This document shows, one piece after another, positions 20,254 through 31,100 of a DNA stretch of 64,000 nt. Made by a program: the position numbers and the translations under genes. The notes under the pieces were generated by a model. The model had not been told where the DNA came from, did not search any database, and was given only the letters and a program-made list of their open reading frames with translations. The stretch's first letter is position 1, and the number at the start of each line of letters is the position of its first letter. Source of the DNA: Candidatus Gygaella obscura (lineage in GTDB: Bacteria; Omnitrophota; Gorgyraeia; Gygaellales; Gygaellaceae); the NCBI GenBank assembly GCA_030765485.1, contig JAVCCR010000014.1, positions 14,332-78,331 of the forward strand, read 5' to 3'.

Positions 20254-21562
20254 AAAAAGGGTTTTTATTTTAGGAGCCGGTCTCTGCGGGTTAAGCGCAG
20301 CATGGTATCTGCAGAAACAGGGTGTTGATTGCACTGTGTTAGAAAAGAATTCTAGCGCTGGTGGTTTATGCCGTTCAAAGATAATCAAAGATTTTACCTT
20401 TGATATAGACGGGCATTTGCTTCATTTTAAAAGCCGTTCAATATTTAATTTTATTAAAAGCCTGCTGGGGGATAATTTTGTTGAACATAACCGCAGTTCT
20501 TGGATTTATTTTAAAGGAAAGTATTTTCGTTATCCTTTCCAGGCAAATTTATACGGTTTTCCTCCTGATGTTGCCAGGGAATGTCTTTTGGGATTTATCA
20601 GGGCAAATTCAGATAAGGAATCTTGGATTAAGTGTAAAAACGTTTCTTTCTTGGATTGGATAAAACATACTTTTGGAGATGGCATAGCAAGATATTTTAT
20701 GATTCCTTACAATGAAAAATTCTGGAGATATCCACTTGCTAGAATGAATTGTGGTTGGCTTGATGGTTTTATTCCGGTTCCCTCTTTAAGTGAGTTAATT
20801 GACGGTACATTAGAGGAAAGTAAGGTTGATTTTGGCTATAACAAGACGTTTTGGTATCCTAAAAAAGGGGGTATTTGTCAGATTGCCGATTCTTTATCCG
20901 GCAAGATAAAAGATATTCGTTTTGATTCCAATGTCATTCATATTGATTTTAAAAACAAAGAAATTACCTATGGTAATAATCAAAGAGAGCAGTTTGATTA
21001 TCTTATATCGACTATTCCCATGCCGGAATTATCTGGCATAATAAGCAGTATTCCTAAAGGCGTTAGGAATGCGCTTAATAGACTCAGCTGGAATTCTGTT
21101 TTAAACGTTAATCTCGGGTTTAACCGCCGTTTTATGCCGGATAAGCATTGGGTGTATTTTCCCCAGAAAGATATCAGTTTTTTCAGGGTGGGTTTTTTTG
21201 ACAATATTTGCCCAAGTCTTTCTCCGAAAAATAAACAGTCTGTTTATGTAGAGATTTCTTATCCTCAGAGCGTATCTATTAATAAAAGGTCATTAATAAA
21301 AAAGGCAAAAAAAGACATGTTAAAGGTAGGGTTGATTAAAAAAGTCCATAAAGTCATTGCGGAAGATGTAAATGATATTAAATATGCTTATCCTGTTTAT
21401 GACGATAAGTACTATTTTTCACGTAATATAATTTTAGATTTTTTAGGCAAAAACGCTACTTTTTGTGTCGGGAGATACGGTTCTTGGCAATATTTTTCTA
21501 TGGAAGATAGTATAGCTGATGGGATCAAAGCAGCAAATAAACTAGCAGATATCCTCAAATAA
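20240..21562 (+). CDS. FAD-dependent oxidoreductase (UDP-galactopyranose mutase / protoporphyrinogen oxidase-like)
   Basis: ILGAGLCGLSAA, GGLCRS, FDIDGH, PYNEKFW, FWYPKKGG, YAYPVY, GRYGSWQY. Confidence 0.75.
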   Translation: MPKNKKRVFILGAGLCGLSAAWYLQKQGVDCTVLEKNSSAGGLCRSKIIKDFTFDIDGHLLHFKSRSIFNFIKSLLGDNFVEHNRSSWIYFKGKYFRYPFQANLYGFPPDVARECLLGFIRANSDKESWIKCKNVSFLDWIKHTFGDGIARYFMIPYNEKFWRYPLARMNCGWLDGFIPVPSLSELIDGTLEESKVDFGYNKTFWYPKKGGICQIADSLSGKIKDIRFDSNVIHIDFKNKEITYGNNQREQFDYLISTIPMPELSGIISSIPKGVRNALNRLSWNSVLNVNLGFNRRFMPDKHWVYFPQKDISFFRVGFFDNICPSLSPKNKQSVYVEISYPQSVSINKRSLIKKAKKDMLKVGLIKKVHKVIAEDVNDIKYAYPVYDDKYYFSRNIILDFLGKNATFCVGRYGSWQYFSMEDSIADGIKAANKLADILK

Positions 21563-21575
21563 AACTATTCGTAAA

Positions 21576-22466
21576 ATGATTTCAATTGTAATTGTTAGTT
21601 TCAGCAGTAATGATATGCTTAAGCGTTGTCTAGAGTCTGTCCAGGCGCAGCGTTATAAGGATAAAGAGATTATTGTAATTTTGAATAATCCTAAGGCTAT
21701 TAATGTCGAAGAGTTTAAGATAAGATTTAAGGAGATAAATTTTATATATAACGATAAAAATGAGTATTTGGCCTCTTCTTACAACAAAGGCATACTGAGC
21801 TCAAAGGCAGAGTATGTATTATGTATGAACGATGATGTTATTTTAGAAAATAATTATTGTAGCGTTGCTGTAGACAGGATTGCCCGTAATGACAGAATCG
21901 GTATGTTTATCGGTAAAATAATGAGGTTTGATCATAAAACAATTGATACTACAGGTTTGTTTCTTTCCGGGGCAAGAACCCCCCTAGAGAGGGGTTTTGG
22001 AAAAAAAGACAACGGACAATATGGTAGAGCTGGTGTAATTTTTGGAGTAAGCGGCTGCTGCGGTATGTATAAAAGGTCTATGCTTGAAAATATTAAGGAT
22101 GAATTTGGTTATTTTGATAAAAGGTTTAAGATGTTCTATGAAGATCTAGATTTGTGTTGGAGGGCCAATAACAATGGGTATAAGGCCTATTATGACCCAT
22201 GTGCAGTTGCATACCATAAAAGATCATTAAGCGCAAGCCAGCGCATGCCTAGGTTAAGGTTTCTTCAGAAGTATTATTTTACGCATTTAACTAACCAATT
22301 GCAGGCTCAATTGATAAAAAATAGGGTTTTTACTATATTAAAAAATGACAGTATCTTGGCTTTTATAAAGAATTTCTTGTTTATATTTTATTACGACCTG
22401 AAACTATGTTTATACATATGTTTATTAAACCCAAAGCTATTTATTTTTATCATCTTTAAAACATAG
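21576..22466 (+). CDS. Glycosyltransferase family 2
   Basis: MISIVIV, LCMNDD, SGCCGMY, FDKRFKMFYEDLDLCWR. Confidence 0.9.
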   Translation: MISIVIVSFSSNDMLKRCLESVQAQRYKDKEIIVILNNPKAINVEEFKIRFKEINFIYNDKNEYLASSYNKGILSSKAEYVLCMNDDVILENNYCSVAVDRIARNDRIGMFIGKIMRFDHKTIDTTGLFLSGARTPLERGFGKKDNGQYGRAGVIFGVSGCCGMYKRSMLENIKDEFGYFDKRFKMFYEDLDLCWRANNNGYKAYYDPCAVAYHKRSLSASQRMPRLRFLQKYYFTHLTNQLQAQLIKNRVFTILKNDSILAFIKNFLFIFYYDLKLCLYICLLNPKLFIFIIFKT

Positions 22467-22548
22467 TAGAAATTATATAACCCCTTTATTACAAAGATTA
22501 TACATTTCAGAATAAGAAAATTAATCTCTTTATATTGGTGGTTGATTT

Positions 22549-22557
22549 TGTTATAAT
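22549..22557 (+). promoter_or_regulatory. Extended -10 promoter element upstream of wzm
   Basis: TGtTATAAT in the 144-bp gap before the long operon. Confidence 0.45.
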
Positions 22558-22610
22558 TAAACAATATAAATCCTACACATATTGTTAATTTTAAAGATAA
22601 TCAGCTGTAG

Positions 22611-23432
22611 ATGAAAAAAATATTCACTTCTTTGGATAACATATTAAAATACCGCAGTCTAATTTGGCAGCTTACCCTTAATGATCTAAAGATAAGATAT
22701 AGAAATCCTGTTCTTGGATTCTTATGGTCGATTATCATGCCCCTTGTGATGAGTTTGATTTTCAAATTTGTTTTTTCCAACCTTTTACGAAGTCAGATTT
22801 CAGATTACCCATTTTATATATATCTAATTGTTGCTATATTCCCCTGGAGTTACTTTTCTAGTAGTGTTTTTTCTTCCGTGGAGTCAATCGTAAACAATAG
22901 AGAGTTGATTAAAAAGAGTTATTTCCCCAGGGAGATAATCCCTTTTTCGATAGTTTTGGCAAATCTTATTAATTTTATTCCTGTTATATTGATAATGTTG
23001 TTAATTATAATGTTTTATGGTTTGAATTTCAGTCTTTTAGTTTTTTTGTTGCCTTTTGTTGTTTTGCTTGAAACAGTTTTGTTATTAGGGGTATCTCTAC
23101 TTGTTTCCAGCCTGCAGGTTTTTTTAAGAGATATAAAATATATTGTTCAGCTTGTTTTGACTGCATGGCTTTATTTTAGTCCGGCATTTTACTCGCTGGA
23201 TTTAGTGGTTGATATATCAGATTGGCTTTTGAGAGTATATATCCTTAATCCTTTTACGGGGATTTTTACTTTATATAGAATTGTACTTTTAGAAGGGTTT
23301 ATGGATAAGCTACCAACAGAATTGAATCTATTGATGCTTATAATCTGGACAATATTTGTTAGTTTTGCAATTTTCTTTATTGGTTTTTACGTTTTTAGGA
23401 AAAATGAGTCGAAATTCGTGGATCTACTATAA
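22611..23432 (+). CDS. wzm: Polysaccharide ABC exporter permease (Wzm/TagG)
   Basis: DLKIRYRNPVLGFLWS, KKSYFPREIIP, FLRDI, SPAFYS, LNP. Confidence 0.92.
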   Translation: MKKIFTSLDNILKYRSLIWQLTLNDLKIRYRNPVLGFLWSIIMPLVMSLIFKFVFSNLLRSQISDYPFYIYLIVAIFPWSYFSSSVFSSVESIVNNRELIKKSYFPREIIPFSIVLANLINFIPVILIMLLIIMFYGLNFSLLVFLLPFVVLLETVLLLGVSLLVSSLQVFLRDIKYIVQLVLTAWLYFSPAFYSLDLVVDISDWLLRVYILNPFTGIFTLYRIVLLEGFMDKLPTELNLLMLIIWTIFVSFAIFFIGFYVFRKNESKFVDLL

Positions 23433-25157
23433 ATGAGTAAAGTATTCTTAGAAAATTTGGGTAAAAGCTTTATTTGTACTGATCATGTTATAAGACATAG
23501 TGGTTTGTTTCATAATTTGGTTAACCGTAAAGTGAATTCTCAATTCTGGGCATTACGTTATATTGATTTAAAGCTTGATCAAGGTCAAGTCTTGGGAGTC
23601 ATCGGCAGAAACGGTTCAGGTAAAACAACGCTTCTTAATATAATTGCCGGCATTATTCCCCATAGTGAAGGAAAGCTTGAAATCAACGGAAAGGTTTCCA
23701 GTCTTATATCTTTAGGCGCTGGTTTCCAGGATGAACTTACCGGAAGGGAGAATATCTATCTTAATGCATCGATATATGGTATGAGCAAAAAGGAGATAGA
23801 TAAAAAGATAGACCAAATTATAGAATTCTCCGAATTGGAAGGTTTTTTGGATTCCCCTCTTTATACATACTCTCAAGGCATGCGAATTAGATTGGGTTTT
23901 AGTATTGCCATATATGTTGATTTTAATATTTTATTGCTTGATGAGATAATTGCAGTAGGTGATATTGCATTCCAGAAAAAATGTTTTGCAAGTATTGATA
24001 ATTTCAAGAATCAAGGCAAGGCAATGATTATTACGACTCAAAATATGGATATTATTAACAGGCTTTGTGATAGAGCTATTTTATTAGAAAGCGGTAATAT
24101 ACTTGAAAAAGGAAATCCTGCTAAGGTGATTGCTCGCTATCTGGAGGTTTTGAATGAAAAGAAGCTTTCGCAGACATTTTCAAGGTATAACAATCCTTTA
24201 AAATGGTGGGCGGATAAACAGTCATGGGGTAAATTCGAAGGTAGCAAAGAAGCAAAGATAACAAGTATTGAGATTTGTAATTCAAAGGGAAAACTTACTA
24301 ACCGGCTTTATCCTTGCGAGAAGGTGAGGATAAAAATAAATTTTGACGTTGCAAAAGATATAGAATCCCCTCATTTCGGAGTTGCGATATTTAGAGAAGA
24401 TGGACTCTATTGTTATGGCCCTAATACACGTTTTGATGGGCACGAGATTGATAGAATCCATAAAGGCAAGGGCTTTTTTCTTATAGAATACAGGTCATTA
24501 TCATTAATGCCTGGCAAATATAGAATATCAGTTGCCATTTGGGATAAGGATGAAGTATGGGCATATGATTACCATGTGGCTTCGTATAGATTTGAGATTT
24601 TAGGAAAAAACGAATACAACCAGCTTGCGGATTTTGCCTACAGCCTTTCATTATTATCCTGGAAAGAGAAGTTTTTCAAAAAGCCAACAGTGGATTTAAG
24701 TTTATTATTTAACAGAGAGATATCTAACAATAAGGATGATAGTTGTAATGGTATAAAATTCTGTGACTTGACACTGTCTGATTCGTCAGGAAATGTAAAG
24801 GATGAGTTTTGTACAAATAGTAATCTGAGTCTTGAACTGAAGTTTGATTTCGGTAAGCTTAAACCTAGATTTAATCTTTGGGCAGGTATTTTTCGCGAAG
24901 ATGATGTTTATTTTCATGGTGTATTTAGTCCTCTTACAAAGAATAAGGTTGTAATTCTTTATCCTAAGCTGAGCTTGCTATCCGGCAGGTATTATATCTC
25001 TGTGGCAGTGTATGATTCTAAGGGCAGCAAAGTGTTATTTTTTATGAAAAAAGCAGTTTGTTTTAGTGTTAAATTTCCTAGAGAAGATCATGGGGCAATA
25101 TATCTGGATCATTCTTGGAGTTGGTTGCTACCTGTAAGTCAAAACAATGAAGAATAG
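23433..25157 (+). CDS. wzt: Polysaccharide ABC exporter ATPase with two tandem Wzt_C carbohydrate-binding domains
   Basis: GRNGSGKTT, YSQGMRIRLGF, LDEIIAVGD; two C-terminal repeats (GVAIFREDG..LMPGKYRISVAIWD and AGIFREDD..LLSGRYYISVAVYD). Confidence 0.92.
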   Translation: MSKVFLENLGKSFICTDHVIRHSGLFHNLVNRKVNSQFWALRYIDLKLDQGQVLGVIGRNGSGKTTLLNIIAGIIPHSEGKLEINGKVSSLISLGAGFQDELTGRENIYLNASIYGMSKKEIDKKIDQIIEFSELEGFLDSPLYTYSQGMRIRLGFSIAIYVDFNILLLDEIIAVGDIAFQKKCFASIDNFKNQGKAMIITTQNMDIINRLCDRAILLESGNILEKGNPAKVIARYLEVLNEKKLSQTFSRYNNPLKWWADKQSWGKFEGSKEAKITSIEICNSKGKLTNRLYPCEKVRIKINFDVAKDIESPHFGVAIFREDGLYCYGPNTRFDGHEIDRIHKGKGFFLIEYRSLSLMPGKYRISVAIWDKDEVWAYDYHVASYRFEILGKNEYNQLADFAYSLSLLSWKEKFFKKPTVDLSLLFNREISNNKDDSCNGIKFCDLTLSDSSGNVKDEFCTNSNLSLELKFDFGKLKPRFNLWAGIFREDDVYFHGVFSPLTKNKVVILYPKLSLLSGRYYISVAVYDSKGSKVLFFMKKAVCFSVKFPREDHGAIYLDHSWSWLLPVSQNNEE

Positions 25158-28100
25158 ATTTCCTAAAGTAAGTATAATTACGGTAAATTTTAACGGGAAG
25201 AAGTTTCTTAAAAACCTGTTAGATGGATTATTTTTTTTGAATTACCCTAAAGACAAGACAGAAATAATCTTTATAGATAATGGTTCTAGCGACGGCTCTG
25301 TAGCCTTTGTAAAGAATAAGTATCCTAAGGTTAAAATAATAAGAAATAAGCTTAATAATTACTGCGTAGGGATAAATTTGGGAATTAAAGCTTCCAAGGC
25401 AGAATTTGTAGCGTTACTGAATAATGATACTAAGGTTGATAAGGATTGGCTTGTTGAGCTTGTGAGTTGTATTCGCACAGGCAAAAATATTGCTGCTGTG
25501 GGAAGTAAGGTATTAAAATATGATGGGCTAATTCAAACTGCCGGTCATTATGAATTGCCGAATTACTACTGGGGAGAGCGACATTCTGGTAAAAAGAGCG
25601 CATCGCTGTCAAAGCGAGAGCAAGTTGATAGTCTCTGCGGTGCCTCCGTGATTTATAACCGGGCTTTAATTTTTAAATTAGGTCTATTTGATGAAGATTT
25701 TATTATGTATGGTGAAGACGTTGATATAAGTTATCGGTTAAGAAGTGCCGGTTACAGATTGTTGGTTGAACCTAAAAGCATTGTTTATCATACGTTTCAT
25801 GGTACGGCTTCAGTTGAGTTAAGTAATTTTTATATTGAAAGAAACCGTTTATTGTTTATAGCAAAACATATGCCTGATAGACTACCAGGAGCTTTATTAG
25901 GGAATGGTTATTTTGTTACTACAAAAAACCAGCATAACAAATCAGGGATATATGAAGTTTTATCTATTGTACTTCGTAAGCTTATAGATAATAGCTCTTT
26001 AGAAAAGGTAAATTATTTAATGCCGCAGATATTCGCAGAGTTAAGAAAGATTATTGCTTACGAAAACGATTATTTATCAAATGAGATCAATAAACTAAGA
26101 GACAATCTAGATAAAACCTATAAGACTTATAAGAAAATCGATAAAGAGCTTTTTGATAAAAAGGATGAATTAGCCAGAAAAGATGAGCAGAAACAAAAAC
26201 TCGATAGGCAAATTAAGGAAATAAGAATAAATGATCTGGCAAATCTCAAGAGGATTAATAACCAGCAGAATCTTTTATTAAAGCAGCAACAGAAAGAGAT
26301 TGTTTCAGTCAAAAAAGATGTTAGCAAATTATCAGATTCGGTAAATGATAGAGAAAAGCAAATTATCAAAAGGGATTCAGAGTATTCAAAGCTAAAAGAA
26401 AGTATTGAGAGTTTAAGAGATTCGATTCGATCGAAGGATTCTCAATCAAATCAGCATTTATTTAGTATAAAACGGCTTGGTGAGGAACAGCAGACTTTAA
26501 ATTCACAGCTTGAGAAGAAAAAGAGCGAAATTGTCGCCAAAGACTATGAAATTTCTAAGTTAAAAGAAAATCTTGCTCACTCTAGAGACATTTTGGATTT
26601 AAAAGAGGCTGATTTGAAAGAAAAATCTAATTACATTGATCAATTCAGCGATAGCCTGCGTAATGTAAATACCCAGTTAGAGATAAGGATTGAAGAGCTT
26701 TCTAAGCAGTTTGCTTTTATTCAAGAGGAATATGATAAAAAGTTAAAAGAATTACATGACAGCAATATTAATACCGAAAAGCTTAAGGCTGAGATAGCTG
26801 GTTTAGATAGCGGTCTTAAAGATAAGAGAAATCAACTTATAGATAAAGATAAAGAGCTAAAAGCTTCCATAGAACAAATTGTTTGTTTAAGGAATGAAAT
26901 TGATTGTATCTATTCATCAAAAGGTTATAGGTTTATTTTATCACCCATATGGAAAACGATATTCTTGTTTAAGAAGTTTTTCTCTAGCCTAAGACAATTA
27001 TTGTTGAAGGTTAAGCAAATTTTAACTTCTCTGGTGCTTAAGCCGGTTGCATTGATTAAAAAGATAGCAAGGATAATCCTTTTAGTGTTTAATAGGACTT
27101 TTTTAGCAAAATTATTTTGGTTTGGAGTGAGTGCTGTTTGTTCGTTTTTTGTTTTGTTACTTTTTTTGGGATTATCGGCAGAATATTTACTATGGAATTT
27201 ATTAAGGCCAGTATTGTCTAGAATTAAGCCCAAAAGAAACCCGATTAAAGTTAATGATTCAGTTAAGATAAGCCTGGTAATGCCTAATTACAATGGAATT
27301 GACATTTTAAAAGAGGCGCTACCTACAATATTCAGTATTGAAAGATTCGCCAATGGCAATGATGAGGTATTAATCGTAGATGATGCCAGTAAAGACGGCA
27401 GTGTTAAATTTATAAAAGAAAATTATCCAAAAATAAAGCTTATTAGGAATTATCGTAATAAGGGTTTTGGTTATACTTCTAATAGGGCGGTTAAATCAGC
27501 GAAGCATGAAGTTGTTGTGCTTATCAATAATGATATTAAACTTACTAAAGATTTTTTAAAGCATCTAGTGGATAGCCTTAAAGATAAAAATGTTTTTTCC
27601 GTTACACCTAAACTTTACGGATGGGACGAAAAGACATTTGCCTGGGGCATGCATATGGGGCATTTTGAGAATGGTTATATAAGGCTTTGGAATGAATGTG
27701 AAACTGGAAACGGGGATCGCATCAATAGGCCTTCACCGTCACTATTTGCCATAGGCGGGGCAATGGTTTTTAGAAAGTCTGATTTTATCTGGCTGAAGGG
27801 TTTTGATAGTATCTATAAGCCTAATTGTTGGGAGGATATTGATATTTCCTATCGGGCATGGAAACGAGGATTAAAGGTAATCTATGAACCAAGAAGCTTA
27901 TTGTTCCATAAGGCAAGGGCTACTTTGACATATGAAAGGCCAAAGGAAATTAAAAACGAGCTTTTATTTACCTGGAAGAACATAACAGATAAGAATATTC
28001 TTTTAAATCATATCAATCTGCTTCCTGATAATTTCTATCGTTATAGAATGAGTTTTTTAAAAGGATTCTTATGGGCATTGTTGTTTTTGCCAAGGGCGCT

Positions 28101-31100
28101 TCTACATAGATTGATGGAGAGGCCGTTTATAAAGCAAGATGATAGTTTGATTATCAATCATTGCATGAATTATTACAGGAATTTTAGATTGAGAGGTTTT
28201 AAGCATCTTTTACCGCAGGAGAAAAAGACGATTCTAATGGTTACTTCTTTTTTGCCTTTTCCTCTGAATATTGGCGGGCGAATTAGAATATATAATTTGG
28301 CTAAGCAATTAAGCAAGAAATACAACGTTATGCTTCTATCATTAATAGATAAGGAGGAAGAGCTTAATTGTGTGCCAGAGCTAAAAAAGGTTTTTAAGGA
28401 AGTTTTTACTGTTTTTCCAAAAAGCCCTTTAAACTTGAAATTATTCCCAGAACGATATAAATTCTCTTATAGCCAAATTCTTATTGAGAAGTTGATAGAA
28501 TTGAATAATGAATATGCTATAGATTTTATCCAAATAGAATCAAATGAGCTACTTTATCTCCAGCCTTACATTGACTACACGCCAGTTGTGTATACGGAAC
28601 ACGATTGCAGTTCTTTATTTTATAAAAATTCATATTATAAACGTAATGGTTTTCTAGCGGATTTCTTTGATTACCTAAAAAGGGTAAGATTCCATATTCT
28701 GGCTTTATCTAAATTAAAACATATCATTGTGCTTTCAAAAGAGGATCGCAGTATTCTGCGTAGCTTCTTACCAGAAAAAAAGTTTTCTTTGATTCCTACA
28801 GGTGTTGATCTCGAGCATTTTAAATTCAGTGAAACTATCAAAAGCCGAGGCAATAGGCTTATTTATGTTGGTCATTACCCCCATTATCCTAATGAAGATG
28901 CGGTTGTTCATTTTGTTAAAAAGATATTTCCATTAATAAGAAAACATGTTCCTGATATTGAATTTCATATCGTTGGTTCTGGAGTAACAGATGCAGTAAG
29001 CAATCTTGCACATTCTAAGGGGGTAAAGGTTATTGGTGAAGTTGAAGATGTTTATGATTATCTTAGGTTTGCAGATATATTCGTTAATCCCATTAGGATT
29101 AGTTCTGGAATAAAAGGCAAAGTTCTAGAGGCAATGGCAGTAGGGTTGCCGGTTGTTTCTACTAAGATTGGTTCATCGGGCATAACTGCTTTAGGCGGCA
29201 AAGAAATAATTTTAGTTAATTCAAATATTAATTTTGCTAGGCAGGTAGTGCGTTTGGTTAAAAACAGTGAGCTTAGGCTAAAGATAGCAAAAGATGCTCG
29301 TTTATTTGTAGAGCACAACTATGACTGGCAAAGAGTTTATACAATGCTGGATTCTTTTTTTGAAGATATCTATACTTTGTCTCTTCCTGAGGAAAGAGCG
29401 AATATGGATTTGGCAAATTTAGTCAATACGCTTAATGAGAACCTGCAGGATTCTATTGATCAGGGTGATATAAGTTATGATTTTCAGAATGGACCAAAGG
29501 AACTTCATATAGAACTTGATTATCATTGTAATAGTCGTTGTATTATGTGTGATTTATGGGATTATTCTAAAAGGAATAATTCTAAAGAAGTTTTGACTAA
29601 GAACGATATAAAGAAATTGCTTGATACTTCAAATAAGCTTGAGCATATCGATACAGTTGTTTTATCAGGCGGAGAACCTTTTTTAAAAAATGATTTATTC
29701 GATATATGCAGAATTTTATTGCAAAAGTATCCGCACCTATCTTTAGGAATACTTACCAATGGTATAGATACTCAGCGGATAATAGATATATCTGTTCGTG
29801 TAAAGAATGAACTCAGGCCAGCTAATTTCTGGCTCGGCACTTCTTTAGATGGAGTAGGTCAAGTCCATGATTATGTACGAGGCAGAAAAGGAGCGTATGA
29901 TGCTGTTATTGCCACAATAGCGCAGTGCCGTAAAAACAATATAGAAATTACAGCTACTTTTACTATTACAGCCGAAAATTTTGATTGTCTTTTGCCGGCA
30001 AAGAAAGTTGCTGATTCTTGTGGTATAGATTTCTATATCCAGTTTGTTGTTCCGAAACAGGAACGCAGTACCAGCGTATTTAAATTTAGCAATAAGGCGC
30101 TTTCTCGGATAGAAAAAGATTTATTTGAGTTGATCAGGCAAGAATTGGAAAAGACAGGTTTTAAAGATCAAGCATCTGCTAGTGAAATTGAAAAAAATCC
30201 AGGGCTTTTAGCAAAGATATATTATCTTTCTCATTTGAAGAAATATCAAACTGACCCCAAAAGATATTTTAGAAAGTGTGTTGCTGGATCAAGGTTTGCT
30301 ATGATTGATCCGTTGGGCAGGCTTTATTTTTGCCCAGGATTAAAAAATGCAGCTATAGGTAATATTAAGAAAGAGAAGTTCGATGATTTATGGATGTCTG
30401 ATAAGGCTAACAATACCAGAAAGTTTATATATAAACAACTATGTAATTGTTGGTTGGTTTGTATTGTTTTTCCGGTAATTGATAAATTTCTATTTGAGAA
30501 AGAAGAGGATGTTAAGATTGCCAATAGTAAAAACAGCTCTATCCTTAAAGTTGAAGATAAGAGAATTTCTTTTTGTAATGAGCATAAAAGTCTTCAGGAA
30601 TACAATAGGAGAGTTAATAAAGATGAGTTTGATAAGGGAGAGATTATCCTAAAGTCTACACCTCGAGGTATTGGTTTGGGGGTTCATTGGAAATGCAATG
30701 CGAATTGTGTTTTTTGTCTTGGGGGGCATCCTAAATTGTTTAATATGGATACTTACAGGAAATTCTTTGAGGAAAAACTTTTTGATATCCTGCCTCGCGC
30801 TGATTATTTGAATCTCTGCGGATTTGGAGAATTGTTATTGATGCCACAATGCAATGAGTTATTAACATATTTGAATAATTCTTTACCTCACATAAATAAA
30901 ATCATCACTACTAATGGTTCTACCATTACTGATGAAGTTATTGGTTATTTGACTTCCGGTAGGTATAGTCTGCAGGTTTCTATGCATGCCTCTAATCAGA
31001 AGCTGCATAATATGATTACAAACTTAAATAATTTCGATTTTATTGTTGGTCAGATAAAGAAGATGTTAAGACAACGAAAGGATAAATCTTCGCCTTCTGT

